A DNA stretch of 39,398 nt. Origin: a virus. The stretch lies in the UHGV virus genome UHGV-0204463. One strand, given 5' to 3'. Below, piece by piece: positions 27,747 through 38,084 of this stretch. The notes under the pieces are model-generated. The model was not told the origin of the DNA and searched no databases. It saw only the letters and a program-made list of their open reading frames with translations. The position numbers and the translations under genes were made by a program. Every line of letters begins with the position of its first letter. The stretch's first letter is position 1.

Positions 27747-28595
27747 TTAATCTGCTGTTGTTACATTTAATGTACATTTTGCGGTAAAGTTACCATCTTC
27801 TGTTGTGACTACGATTTCCGTTGTCCCTTCTCCTACAGCAGTAACCTTCCCTTGAATTGGTGTTACAGTTCCAATAGCCTCACTTTCTGAACGGAACTGA
27901 TATTTTTTATTTGAGGCGTTATCTGGTGTAATTGTCGGTGTTAAGGTTGCTGTTTGGCCAACTTTTAAATTTAACTCTGTTTGGTCTAAAGTTACACCAG
28001 TAACAGCAGTAGTATTTTCTTTACGTGGATCCATTACCTCAGTAAACCAGTTTTTAATCATCTCTAAGTCAACACCTTCATCGTCTTCATCCACGGAATA
28101 CATATAACCCAACCCTGGAACATCAACGAAAGACCCCGTCCATTCTGGATGGGTATAAGATACTGAACTTCCTTCTAATGTAGATGTTTCATCAGATGTT
28201 AAAGCAAATTTTCCTTTATAGAAAATCGTATAGCGATATTTACCGTTCGATTTTCGGCGACGATAAGCAAATGCGCCATCTGATGCAATATCATCTGCAG
28301 ACCGCAATACGCCACCCTTTAATTTTTTTCCCCCTGTAATTTCAGCTAAAACTTCATTTTGGTAGCCGTTTGTTTCTAAAGTAACTTCTGCACCACCAAA
28401 TGCAACATACTGATCTTGAACTACACTATCGCCATAGTCAGGCGTTGTTTCTGTTGTAACATCTGGTTTGATACTTACAGCAGTACCGATTGTAATTGGC
28501 GCTCCGTAAACTGGAAAAGCGCCCGTTTCGTCTGTTAGTGGGAACCACGTTGGCTTCTCTACAGAAATGACACTTACATTTTTCTTTTTTGCCAT
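27747..28595 (-). CDS. major tail protein with C-terminal Ig-like (Big_2) domain
   Basis: 282 aa; C-terminal TGVTLDQTELNLKVGQTATLTPTITPDNASN...VTAVGEGTTEIVVTTEDGNFTAKCTLNV. Confidence 0.7.
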   Translation of the reverse strand: MAKKKNVSVISVEKPTWFPLTDETGAFPVYGAPITIGTAVSIKPDVTTETTPDYGDSVVQDQYVAFGGAEVTLETNGYQNEVLAEITGGKKLKGGVLRSADDIASDGAFAYRRRKSNGKYRYTIFYKGKFALTSDETSTLEGSSVSYTHPEWTGSFVDVPGLGYMYSVDEDDEGVDLEMIKNWFTEVMDPRKENTTAVTGVTLDQTELNLKVGQTATLTPTITPDNASNKKYQFRSESEAIGTVTPIQGKVTAVGEGTTEIVVTTEDGNFTAKCTLNVTTAD

Positions 28596-28970
28596 CTATT
28601 TTTCACTCCATTCAATTAATTGAGGGAACGCAACATTAAAATTGATATGTTGAATTCCGTCTGTTTTAAACGTTTGATAATCTTCTGGAAACAATTCGTT
28701 TCCGTCCAAATTCAACACATTAAAAAAAGCCCCACAGCTTTCTGTTAGGCTTTTTACTAATTGTTTATCTTTCTTACTATCAACCAGTGCAATATCAACA
28801 TTGTATGCTTTATTTTGAACGTTTTGACCTACATTATCAGTCAGACTCTCTTCAAGACTTAGCACAAAATAAAACGGTTCTGACGATTGCATTACATCAT
28901 CAAGATAGATAGGCGCATTCGAGAACTGTTTTATTGTGTCAGTAAGCATTTTTAAAATTTTATCGTACAT
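28596..28970 (-). CDS. tail completion / head-tail joining protein
   Basis: 124 aa; position. Confidence 0.45.
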   Translation of the reverse strand: MYDKILKMLTDTIKQFSNAPIYLDDVMQSSEPFYFVLSLEESLTDNVGQNVQNKAYNVDIALVDSKKDKQLVKSLTESCGAFFNVLNLDGNELFPEDYQTFKTDGIQHINFNVAFPQLIEWSEK

Positions 28971-28972
28971 AT

Positions 28973-29380
28973 CTATCCTTTCTTAACAATGATAATCGCC
29001 ATTTGTTTAAATCGTTTCGGAATATATGTTGCATTAGCTAATTTATTAGATTTTTGCAACATAAATCTGCCTTTAACAAATCCGCCATTTTTTGTTCGGT
29101 GGCCATCGTTTACATATCTAAAATATTTTTCATTATTAATCAATGCTCCCACGATACGACCACTAGACAACTTTCTAGCTTTAATGATTCGATAGCCTCG
29201 TCTTAAATCACCAGATTTAATTGGTGTCATAGGTACAATTAACTGATAAATTTTAGCTAACGAATCATTCACCATTGCAGCACCTTCTTTTTCAGCAATG
29301 GGTGTCATTTTCTTTAAATTTGCAATAACTTTATCAGCATTTGATTTCATTCTAAGATCGCTTTTACTCATCAATTGCAC
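28973..29380 (-). CDS. HK97 gp10-like tail component
   Basis: 135 aa; position and size. Confidence 0.5.
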   Translation of the reverse strand: MQLMSKSDLRMKSNADKVIANLKKMTPIAEKEGAAMVNDSLAKIYQLIVPMTPIKSGDLRRGYRIIKARKLSSGRIVGALINNEKYFRYVNDGHRTKNGGFVKGRFMLQKSNKLANATYIPKRFKQMAIIIVKKG

Positions 29381-29732
29381 TTCCTGATAGCACTACTTCT
29401 ATATGGCTTTGATAATAAAAAGGTTTTTTTGAAAATAACACATGTTTTTGACCTGTACCTTGAGTAATAGTTATTCTATCTCCTTTTTTAACTTTTATAT
29501 TAGGTTCTAAAAAAAGTTTTTGTTCTTCATAAGAGATATTAAACGCTTCTTTGTTTTCTATTACAGGTAAGTTTCCCATACTTCTTTGAGAGAAAGCACA
29601 GGGTAACTTGCCATCATGAATTGGAAAATAAACTTGTTCAGTAATCCCATTTTCCGTATTTTCAATATCGTTCATTCTCTCAATAACACAGGTATCAAAA
29701 TAAGTAGCTGCTAAAACTTCTGCTTCATTCAA
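29364..29732 (-). CDS. head closure / head-tail adaptor protein
   Basis: 122 aa; position. Confidence 0.5.
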   Translation of the reverse strand: MNEAEVLAATYFDTCVIERMNDIENTENGITEQVYFPIHDGKLPCAFSQRSMGNLPVIENKEAFNISYEEQKLFLEPNIKVKKGDRITITQGTGQKHVLFSKKPFYYQSHIEVVLSGSAIDE

Positions 29733-30073
29733 TAGAAAAACACCCCGCTATCACAGCCTAAAATACGTTTAATGGCACTGCTATAGTTCTTCATGAGTGA
29801 TTGTATGTCTTTTGATTCAACTACATAACTAATTGATGTATCACCACGTTTTACACTAGCTACAGACTTATCTATTTCGTTTTTTAAAGCTTTGTAGATA
29901 ACCTCAATTATAAGTTGTTCAAACTCGTCCCAAGCAATATCAATTTTGCAAGTATTGTAAGAATTGATTTCAAAGATAACAAGGTTTAAAACAGACAAAA
30001 TCCTATCTTCAGAAGCGTTAGGTAGCATCAATTGAATTTTCTCAACGATTTCTTCTTTTTTTTCATCAACCAT
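29729..30073 (-). CDS. head-tail connector (gp6/gp15-like)
   Basis: 114 aa; position. Confidence 0.5.
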   Translation of the reverse strand: MVDEKKEEIVEKIQLMLPNASEDRILSVLNLVIFEINSYNTCKIDIAWDEFEQLIIEVIYKALKNEIDKSVASVKRGDTSISYVVESKDIQSLMKNYSSAIKRILGCDSGVFFY

Positions 30074-30086
30074 AAAGCATCATTAC

Positions 30087-30269
30087 CTAAACTTTAAAAG
30101 TATCTGCAGCACGTTCTAATATCTCAATAGCTTCTTTGTCATCTTCTGAAACTACAAATTCATTATTTTCGTTTGCTGTGATAAATTTTTTTGTTTTAGG
30201 ATGCATAAAGCCCACAAAGTTTTTCTTGTCAAGCACACGATAGGTTACTTCTTTTTTTGCTGTTGCCAT
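30087..30269 (-). CDS. small head-associated protein
   Basis: 60-aa ORF directly after capsid gene. Confidence 0.35.
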   Translation of the reverse strand: MATAKKEVTYRVLDKKNFVGFMHPKTKKFITANENNEFVVSEDDKEAIEILERAADTFKV

Positions 30270-30297
30270 TTTTAATTTCCTCCTTCGTTATTATATT

Positions 30298-31185
30298 TTA
30301 GGCTTTCAAGTTCAAGATTGCTCCAGAATTAGAAGCTTTGTATTCAATTGAATACTCACCAACTAATCCAATCCGTCTTGAATCTGTTGTTTTTGCTAAT
30401 TCTTCCGCACGCCATTCACGTAGTGGACGTAATTTTACATAATTAGTATCAATAGCTGCGATTGTTCCATTAGGTAAATTAGGTTCAATTAACGCAATTC
30501 CTGAGCCGTAATTTGAGACAATATTTCCAAGTTGCAATCCAAAAGTAAGTTTATCGCCAAATTGCACAATTTTTGTTGATTTTTCATCCAACTGATCAGT
30601 CATTAATTCTTGCATATCAGGTGCTACTAAACATAATTTTTCGCCCATGTATCCTTTTTGGAACATTGTTTTAAATAAGGCATCAATATCTTTTCTTGTT
30701 ACTGCCCCCGCAGCTGCTGTTTCGACTTTATTCGTTGAGCTAATCAAATTTAAAATTCCGTTCATCTGACGACCTTTAGAACCAGATTCATCAGCCTTTA
30801 CACCAACAATCAATTTACGATTTAAGTCAATTTTCATTTCTGTAGCACGAAGAGCTACTTGGCTATTCAATTCATTTCCTACACCATCTACATTAATAGC
30901 ATCTAATGTGCCAGATACAGAAGTTGATTTTCTGAAAATTTCAGTATAGTTGTTAAACCATGTACGATCAGATTCCGCATCTGCGTATTCTCCGCCTTCT
31001 AATTGAGCAGATGAATCATCATTATTCATGCCGTATTCTCGCCATTTAATCTCAGTTGACTTGGCAGCTTCAACTTTGCCTGCGCCTAACAAATAGCTTA
31101 AAAATGGTGTATTTGGAACTTGTAATGCATTAACTTCCTGTGAAATATCTAAATACTCAAGATTATTTAATGAACTTTTTTTCAT
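30298..31185 (-). CDS. major capsid protein
   Basis: 295 aa; follows scaffold gene. Confidence 0.7.
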   Translation of the reverse strand: MKKSSLNNLEYLDISQEVNALQVPNTPFLSYLLGAGKVEAAKSTEIKWREYGMNNDDSSAQLEGGEYADAESDRTWFNNYTEIFRKSTSVSGTLDAINVDGVGNELNSQVALRATEMKIDLNRKLIVGVKADESGSKGRQMNGILNLISSTNKVETAAAGAVTRKDIDALFKTMFQKGYMGEKLCLVAPDMQELMTDQLDEKSTKIVQFGDKLTFGLQLGNIVSNYGSGIALIEPNLPNGTIAAIDTNYVKLRPLREWRAEELAKTTDSRRIGLVGEYSIEYKASNSGAILNLKA

Positions 31186-31198
31186 TTGTAGTTTCCTC

Positions 31199-31822
31199 CT
31201 AATCGATAAATGCTTGTAATTTTTGTCCTAATGCTGCCTCTGGATTTTCAAACGATTTTGTTTGATTACCAGTTACCATGTTGGTTTGTTGCGATTTATT
31301 ACCAAAAGCTTTAGTCATTTCTACATTTTTAATAGCTTCTGCATGCTTATCATTTATTGCTTCTAAAAGCTCTGTAAAGCCTTCTACAGCCTTCTTAGTA
31401 AATTCAGTATCTGAACTAACAAGATTATTTAACATAAATTGAGAAATAGAATCTTTCAAATCCCCGTCCCAATCTAAGCCAGCAATTTTTTCTGCAACAA
31501 AAGCCTTATTATCACTAGTCACACGTAATGCCTTTTCAGCTTCAAATTCAGCCTGTAATTCTTCTAATTTAATTTGTTCAGGAGTTTTATTTTTCTTAGA
31601 TTCTTCATACTCCTTGATTGTTGTTTCCTTGATTTTTTCAAGATTATTTTGTTTCCAAGCTTCTAATTGTTTATCTGCAGCTGATTGTGACTGTGATTGT
31701 ACAAATTTTTGTGCTTCCTCATTTGATTCTACAAATGCCTTAAAATCATCGAAAGTGAAGTTTGTACCACCGTCTTCTTCAGCAAACATTTGTAAATTCA
31801 TTGGTAATAGGTTTGGTTTCAT
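31199..31822 (-). CDS. scaffolding protein
   Basis: 207 aa; acidic, alpha-helical/coiled-coil. Confidence 0.6.
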   Translation of the reverse strand: MKPNLLPMNLQMFAEEDGGTNFTFDDFKAFVESNEEAQKFVQSQSQSAADKQLEAWKQNNLEKIKETTIKEYEESKKNKTPEQIKLEELQAEFEAEKALRVTSDNKAFVAEKIAGLDWDGDLKDSISQFMLNNLVSSDTEFTKKAVEGFTELLEAINDKHAEAIKNVEMTKAFGNKSQQTNMVTGNQTKSFENPEAALGQKLQAFID

Positions 31823-31854
31823 TTTGTTTCTCCTTTCGCTCCACGATTCGACTA

Positions 31855-31918
31855 ATCGCCCCGCATTGCTTTAGATTTATTTATTGCGCCCCACCATTCA
31901 ATTAAGCCCAGCATTGCG
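31855..31918. repeat. GC-rich repeat island (CGCCCCGCATTGC / GCGCCCC / GCCCAGCATTGCGC) in AT-rich intergenic
   Basis: read directly; local GC far above surroundings. Confidence 0.4.
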
Positions 31919-32040
31919 CTAGTTTAACGTCATTTCGGACAAAATAAAAAGCCTAACTTTCGTCAGACTTTAATTGCTTTTCTTCTCTTAGTAAATGCTC
32001 TTCATAATCTGCATCTAAGTAATCATAGGGATCCATCTAA

Positions 32041-32361
32041 TCACTTCCAATTCTTATGGACCAGTTCAGCACCTAACATTTGATAATCAGTGACAGCATC
32101 TTTTACGTTTTGCAGAGTCCTAGACACAATCGAAATAGTTAATTTACTTTTTTTACCTGGTAATGAATACAAAATATCGACGTGACAATAATTACCGCCC
32201 CAAACTAATTCAAGCTCATCTTTGACGATATTACCGTTGCCGTCTCTCAAAGTGTGTTTGGTTAAGTATCGTTCGTTTTCTTGTTCAAAAGCTTTTTTAT
32301 AGGCTTTTTCTGTACCATTCGTAACTTCTAGATTTAATACTGCTTCGAATAATCCTTTCAT
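32041..32361 (-). CDS. hypothetical protein in head module
   Basis: 106 aa; no recognisable motif. Confidence 0.4.
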   Translation of the reverse strand: MKGLFEAVLNLEVTNGTEKAYKKAFEQENERYLTKHTLRDGNGNIVKDELELVWGGNYCHVDILYSLPGKKSKLTISIVSRTLQNVKDAVTDYQMLGAELVHKNWK

Positions 32362-32363
32362 TG

Positions 32364-33419
32364 CTATCCTCCTCTCCTATTTAATTTTATTCCCCAATTA
32401 TTATTAGCGAATTCATTCAATAAATCACCGAACATTTCTTCATACAATTTATCTATATCATCACTAATTTCAGGGATAATTGGTATTTCAGTACAACGAC
32501 AACGTCCATGATACGGTGGATGCCAATCGTCTTTAATCTCTTTTCCGTGACGTCCACCACAAATAGAGCAAACACGCTCATCTTCTGCTGACCAGCTTTG
32601 TGTTTGCTTAACACCTACATCCTTTAGCGATTTTCTTACACCCTCTACAGCAAAATGGGAATATTCCGTTCTAACAAGATTTTCAATCGATCGATTAAAC
32701 TTTCCCTGCTCTAACTTAAACATGCCGCTAATAACACCATCGTTTTTCATCGTTCTAAGAGCTTCTAAAACACCTTCGCCACTTGCTAAAGAATTAATAA
32801 TAGAATTACTTAGACGTTGCTCTAGAGTTGATATATTGCCCCACAAGCGAGATGAAAATGTTTTTCCGCTCCACGGATAGTTCATGATGCTTTCTAGTTC
32901 ATTCTTAGTTAATCCAGGTGCTGAACCGCCTAATAATTGTATTAACGCATTATAATTAGAATTGTAGATTCGTTTTGTAATGTTTTCTAAGTCGTTATTA
33001 AATTTACCATTGACATCACTGGATATCGCTTCACCTGCAAGAGTAGAAAAAATGTCTGCTCGTAATTGCAATAGACGATTGACCTTGGCATAGTCGTAAG
33101 ATGGAAAATACTCATCTATGAATTGCTTATAAGCTTCGTCAGACTCCATCAACTTTTCATAGTTTTTCTCAATGTACTTGCGGTACTTTTCTTGGTCTCG
33201 TTTGCTAAAATCTTCTAGCATTTCGCTTTGTGTGATGTCGTGTAAATCCGCTTGTGACAATAGCTGTCGTTGAATTTTAACTAAAGCACGTTCAAAAACA
33301 GATTCTAGCTCACTAAGAGTTTTCTTTTCTAGTTTCAAACGTGCTTTGTCTTCTAATTCTCGACGTTTTTCCCAATACTTTAAACTGCTACTCGTCTGTT
33401 TCTTTGGCATTGTCCACAC
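32364..33419 (-). CDS. minor head protein (SPP1 gp7 / Mu F-like) with C-terminal Cys/His cluster
   Basis: 351 aa; C-terminal CSICGGRHGKEIKDDWHPPYHGRCRC. Confidence 0.65.
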   Translation of the reverse strand: MWTMPKKQTSSSLKYWEKRRELEDKARLKLEKKTLSELESVFERALVKIQRQLLSQADLHDITQSEMLEDFSKRDQEKYRKYIEKNYEKLMESDEAYKQFIDEYFPSYDYAKVNRLLQLRADIFSTLAGEAISSDVNGKFNNDLENITKRIYNSNYNALIQLLGGSAPGLTKNELESIMNYPWSGKTFSSRLWGNISTLEQRLSNSIINSLASGEGVLEALRTMKNDGVISGMFKLEQGKFNRSIENLVRTEYSHFAVEGVRKSLKDVGVKQTQSWSAEDERVCSICGGRHGKEIKDDWHPPYHGRCRCTEIPIIPEISDDIDKLYEEMFGDLLNEFANNNWGIKLNRRGG

Positions 33420-34857
33420 CGCCTAAATTATAGTCGCTGCTTGGATAGTTCTGAGATTGCTCTAAATTCATCATGTCCGCCTCGTAATCTGTATCTTTAA
33501 CGAATGGAATTTGATTAATGATAGTACGTTTTGATACATAAGGTGCTAATTTAGGTAACGCCTCAGCAAGATATCCAATATCGGTTGGTAAACTACGACT
33601 AAATGTAAACACAATTTTAGAAACATCAACTTCTAATTTATCGTTAAATTTTATAAAAGCTGCCATGGTCTCTGCAACTTCTTTTAATCCTTCTTTGAAG
33701 TATTGTTCTTTCGTATTTGTTTTGGCTTCTAGTGCAATTATTTGCCACTTGCGAGCTTCACCAGAGCTATTAGATTTAAATACTTCATCGTTGAAGTCGA
33801 TTGACTTAGTGACTGTGTAGTAAAGCTTTTTCAACTGATTAAGATGATACTCGTTGAAATCTTTGTTAATATCTTTCGTTACGTAGCCAACCTTAGCTTG
33901 TGGATCTGGCAAGTTAATAATACCTAATTGCTCCATCATTCTTCGTGCTTCTTTTTCATCCAATCGCGAGCCACTAATGGCCATGTAAGCAAGTTTAAAC
34001 TGTTCAACTTCGTTTTGTTGGTCAGACAGGCTTCTGTCAAATGCATCAGAAAGTTCCTCTGCTACTTCAAAATCGCAATAACGATTCGTGTTGTTTTTAA
34101 ATTCTGATAGGTAGAATGTTTCTAGTGGATTATCAGTTTCTGATGTCAATTTAAATGTTTCAGCCGCATTCATTAAATTAGTTTCCACGTATCTGTTATA
34201 CGTTAAGATTTTTTTCTTAGTAACAACTTTCATTTCTTCGAAAAATTTCTTTTGGTGTGTGTCATATTTCTCTCGAATGAAAATATCTGCATTCTCATAT
34301 TTTTCGGCTCTCCATGGCTCAACATTACATGCCCACAATTGCCACTCTCCCGCAGTTTCAACGGGTTCTAACAAACGAAAAGCAACCCCACAAGCGCCTT
34401 GATATCGTGCCGTGTCTGAATCCAACATTGCGAATCGCATTTCTTTAACTAATTCTGCTAGTCTATCGAATTCTTTAGGTGTTTTTATCTTCGCGCTGAC
34501 GTTGCCTAAAAATAAATCCTTTGTTTTTTGAATTAAGGACTTCCGTTGTTCAGTAATATCATAATCCCATTTAACTGGGATACCTGTGAAATGATCAGCT
34601 GCTTGATCAACAATGGTGTTGTATAAGCCAGCGTGAAGTTTATTATTCACTTTTATAATTTTTGTGTTTGGTTTAGGTCTGCTATCAATCTCATTTTCTT
34701 CACTTGTATAAGCTTTGTATTTACGCTCTCTGTCATCAAAGAATGGCTTCATCTCTGTTATAAAGTCATTTGGATCAAAAAGCTCTTCGTTTATTTGCGT
34801 AGAATATTTCGTTCGTAATCTTTTATATCGACTCAATGTTAAATCACTTTGAAACAA
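33388..34857 (-). CDS. portal protein
   Basis: 489 aa between terminase and minor head protein. Confidence 0.8.
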   Translation of the reverse strand: MFQSDLTLSRYKRLRTKYSTQINEELFDPNDFITEMKPFFDDRERKYKAYTSEENEIDSRPKPNTKIIKVNNKLHAGLYNTIVDQAADHFTGIPVKWDYDITEQRKSLIQKTKDLFLGNVSAKIKTPKEFDRLAELVKEMRFAMLDSDTARYQGACGVAFRLLEPVETAGEWQLWACNVEPWRAEKYENADIFIREKYDTHQKKFFEEMKVVTKKKILTYNRYVETNLMNAAETFKLTSETDNPLETFYLSEFKNNTNRYCDFEVAEELSDAFDRSLSDQQNEVEQFKLAYMAISGSRLDEKEARRMMEQLGIINLPDPQAKVGYVTKDINKDFNEYHLNQLKKLYYTVTKSIDFNDEVFKSNSSGEARKWQIIALEAKTNTKEQYFKEGLKEVAETMAAFIKFNDKLEVDVSKIVFTFSRSLPTDIGYLAEALPKLAPYVSKRTIINQIPFVKDTDYEADMMNLEQSQNYPSSDYNLGGVDNAKETDE

Positions 34858-34869
34858 TCATTCCACCTC

Positions 34870-36138
34870 CTAAAATTTAATGAAACTTACGTTATTTTTC
34901 TCCATGTCTTCGCTAAAAGCGTATCTTGTTGCATCGATTGTGTGGTTATCTTTATCTTCAAGCCTTGGCTTAGGATTGCCATCTTTATCCGTCTGATAAT
35001 CAATGTTTTCAAACTCTTTGGCTATATTTGGAGTTCTTAGTGGGTCGATACAAATAAAATCCAAATCATCCAACCATTCCTCGCCATACTGCACAGAGTC
35101 GGGGCCTTTTTTAACCCCAAATACGTGGCTCATTCCGTGTTCATTGTTCAATTCTGCTATGGATTTAGGTTCTGCTGAATCCGATGCAATACGATCAGAC
35201 TGATAACCTTTTGCTTTCGCCTTTTGGGCAAACTCACGATTACTGATTTTCACTCCATAGATTTCATCAACAGCATAGATGCCATTCTTTTTCTTATCGT
35301 AGTGCCATCTAACAAATGCTAATGGATCAGTAGCATAACCGAAGTCAAGACCGTTTCTGATATTATCAAAGTTAGCTACTATCTCATCTGTAATACAACC
35401 TTTTATTACTCGTAAATTATCAAACGGAACAACTCCTGAACCAATAGCTTTGCCGTCATACTCCCACTCAGCACGTTTCGGATTCTTAGCTCTCGTGGCA
35501 TTAACTTCTTCAATAAATGCTTGAGCTATGAATGGATTATCCTTATATGTTGAATGATGAACGAAAGTATTCTCAGGTTGGAAGCTAGATTCATATTTCT
35601 TATTAACCCATGATTGTCGTCGCTTAGGAGGATTGTATGAATAAAAGAATTTATAAAAAAGACCATCTGCTAATTCACCACGTAGTAATGAGTTAGTTAT
35701 GGTTTTTACATCATCTTCAGTTTTAAACTCGGCTAATTCCTCAATCCAAGCTATAGCAAATGGAAATCTTGAATCCTTTAATGACTTAATTCTTTCTGGA
35801 TTCTGTGCGCCACGAAAAACAATATAATTCCCCCTAGGCTTATAGGTGATTTTCATAGGACTTTTATTTACTTTAAAATACTTAGACACACCTTGTTCTT
35901 CAATTGCCCACTTAATCTGTTCAAAAATAGATAGCTCAATCGTATTATCAACGTATCTAATGGCCACAGCATTTACAGGATATCTCATAATCAATTGAAC
36001 GATTATGTGCGCTATGCCAGATGATTTACCTGACCCACGGCCACCTTTTTCAACAACATGTAATATATTTGAGTTTAATGCTACCTTCCAAGTAGTATGA
36101 AATGCTTTAGGAAGAAATTCAGATAGTTTTTTACTCAT
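34870..36138 (-). CDS. terL: terminase large subunit (ORF track to 36198; likely start MSKKLSEF)
   Basis: Walker A GGRGSGKS; C-terminal nuclease acidic residues. Confidence 0.85.
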   Translation of the reverse strand: MSKKLSEFLPKAFHTTWKVALNSNILHVVEKGGRGSGKSSGIAHIIVQLIMRYPVNAVAIRYVDNTIELSIFEQIKWAIEEQGVSKYFKVNKSPMKITYKPRGNYIVFRGAQNPERIKSLKDSRFPFAIAWIEELAEFKTEDDVKTITNSLLRGELADGLFYKFFYSYNPPKRRQSWVNKKYESSFQPENTFVHHSTYKDNPFIAQAFIEEVNATRAKNPKRAEWEYDGKAIGSGVVPFDNLRVIKGCITDEIVANFDNIRNGLDFGYATDPLAFVRWHYDKKKNGIYAVDEIYGVKISNREFAQKAKAKGYQSDRIASDSAEPKSIAELNNEHGMSHVFGVKKGPDSVQYGEEWLDDLDFICIDPLRTPNIAKEFENIDYQTDKDGNPKPRLEDKDNHTIDATRYAFSEDMEKNNVSFIKF

Positions 36139-36934
36139 ATCCATCACCTGATATATCATCAATAAAAACTGGCATATCCATGTCTCCACTTGTAGCACCT
36201 AAACTAGCTTTAGCTTTTTCAGTTTGAACTTTCAACAATTGTAATTTGGCATCATTTGCTAGCAAGGCATTCTGTTGCTTAACAGCCTTTGTTAACTGAT
36301 TGCTAATTCTAGTCAACGCATCTTCAATAGCTAAGATGTCATCTAACTTTCTAAATGTTTTACGAGTTACTTGAACGTCTTGCATAACTTCACGTTTTAT
36401 TTCTAGCTTTCTACCGTCTTTTTCAATCGGTGTTTTAATTTTCCTTAGCTGTTGTAACCGTTCAACTTCTTCATCATTTAGTCCTTTTTCAGCTTCTTTG
36501 ATACGTTTCATCATTCTAAACTGCCGTACCTTTAATAAGCGAATCTCATCATTCAAAATAAAAAAAGGATCATCATTCAGATTAGAATAGATGTCCTTTT
36601 CTTCATCAGATAACATATCGGCAAATATTATTTCGTATTCGCCAGTTTTAATAGCGTTCTTATTACCAAGTGGTGGCGAGGCTCGGCTATTACCTTTGTT
36701 GCCTACTGCGTTCTGATTACCAAAAGGAGCGCCTCCTCGATTAGTAACGTTACCTTTTGCATTGGTAACATTACCTTTCAATTCAGCACTCCATTTATCA
36801 ATCGATTTCCATTTTCTAATTTGAGAATCTGAAACATTTAACTCAGAAGCAATTTCCTTTAATTGCTTCTCTCCGTTGGATTCTAGCCAAATCTTTTTAG
36901 CTTTGTCACGTCTAGGATCACGTTTCCTTGCCAT
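36131..36934 (-). CDS. terS: terminase small subunit with N-terminal HTH
   Basis: LKEIASELNVSDSQIRKWKSIDKWS HTH; Gly/Asn-rich repeats; immediately upstream of terL. Confidence 0.65.
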   Translation of the reverse strand: MARKRDPRRDKAKKIWLESNGEKQLKEIASELNVSDSQIRKWKSIDKWSAELKGNVTNAKGNVTNRGGAPFGNQNAVGNKGNSRASPPLGNKNAIKTGEYEIIFADMLSDEEKDIYSNLNDDPFFILNDEIRLLKVRQFRMMKRIKEAEKGLNDEEVERLQQLRKIKTPIEKDGRKLEIKREVMQDVQVTRKTFRKLDDILAIEDALTRISNQLTKAVKQQNALLANDAKLQLLKVQTEKAKASLGATSGDMDMPVFIDDISGDGYE

Positions 36935-36980
36935 TCAATACACACCACCTCGCATTCTTTTTAAGTTAAGTTTTGTTTTG

Positions 36981-37697
36981 TTAAATTAGTCTTTTCAGAC
37001 AATTGAACACAGTTTTTATATAGTATCCATACTCCTTTTCATTGTCGTAAAAATGTTCTATCAATTCAATAAAAACTAAGCTAATTCCCTCCAGTAATAG
37101 AATAATAATAAATAATATACAAAATGCTACATATAATGGGTTAAAATCAGCCTTGCTAAGTTCCGATAAAAATTCTTTCTTAACTTCAGCATCAATAAAC
37201 ATATTAATTACTGAAGTTACTGATACTAGAATGCTAAGTAATCCCAATGGAAACATAGTAGCTTTTATAAATTTTTTATGTGCTTTAGTCGTCTTTTTAA
37301 TTTCTTTTTTCTTATTTTCAAAAGAAAAAACCAAATAGACACTTCCCCAAAATATAGCTAACACAATTACACACTCCACAAACATTCGTAAACTTGAACC
37401 TCCCCCATAATTATGTTTAAAAAAATACGTAGTTATTATTTCTTCCAAAATTGCACCTGTCATTGGTAAACTAAAATAAAAAATTAACGGTGTTCGAAAT
37501 AAACTATAATATCTTTCCAAAACTATTTTTGGAGGGGTCCACTCTTCACTAACTAATTTTTTGATAATTTTACAAAACAAACGAATGTAATAATAAGTCA
37601 TTATTATTACAAAATAAATTGGCCAACACACAATAAACAAAAGACTACACAATAAAAACATTAATGGTAAAAGTAGAATTAGAGTAAGAATATCCAT
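36981..37697 (-). CDS. multi-pass membrane protein of unknown function
   Basis: 238 aa, about 6 hydrophobic helices; upstream of terS. Confidence 0.5.
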   Translation of the reverse strand: MDILTLILLLPLMFLLCSLLFIVCWPIYFVIIMTYYYIRLFCKIIKKLVSEEWTPPKIVLERYYSLFRTPLIFYFSLPMTGAILEEIITTYFFKHNYGGGSSLRMFVECVIVLAIFWGSVYLVFSFENKKKEIKKTTKAHKKFIKATMFPLGLLSILVSVTSVINMFIDAEVKKEFLSELSKADFNPLYVAFCILFIIILLLEGISLVFIELIEHFYDNEKEYGYYIKTVFNCLKRLI

Positions 37698-37789
37698 TAT
37701 AATACTCCCCTTTTTTAGAAAAAGAATATCTTACTTTGAAATATATTTCAATATTAAATCAGTAACATCTTACAACGTTTATTTGTAAT

Positions 37790-38074
37790 TTAAATATACC
37801 TCTCTACATTCTCTTGTATATGCTTATCTTTCCAACTACCATGCCCACAATAAACAAGCTTGCACGCATCAATTTCCTTTGGTGTGGCTTCTCTCGTCAT
37901 TTCGACAATAGATACATTCTTTTTTATCTGCACAGACATTACAACACGCATTGAACCAGTTGAGCGGTTCGGCTGTGGATATTTATGTGTTAACGATACA
38001 TACCAATAACTTTTCATGTTCTCTCTCCTAATTGTTTTTATGTATATTTGTTTATTGTAAGACAAACGCTTCAA
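37790..38074 (-). CDS. hypothetical protein (CxxxxCGHG motif)
   Basis: 94-aa ORF; possible start at internal MKSYWY. Confidence 0.35.
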   Translation of the reverse strand: MKRLSYNKQIYIKTIRRENMKSYWYVSLTHKYPQPNRSTGSMRVVMSVQIKKNVSIVEMTREATPKEIDACKLVYCGHGSWKDKHIQENVERYI

Positions 38075-38084
38075 TTCCTGTTAT

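Larger units (their letters stand above)
16020..38074. mobile_element. temperate siphophage late module (packaging, head, tail, baseplate, lysis), all on minus strand
   Basis: gene content listed above. Confidence 0.85.
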
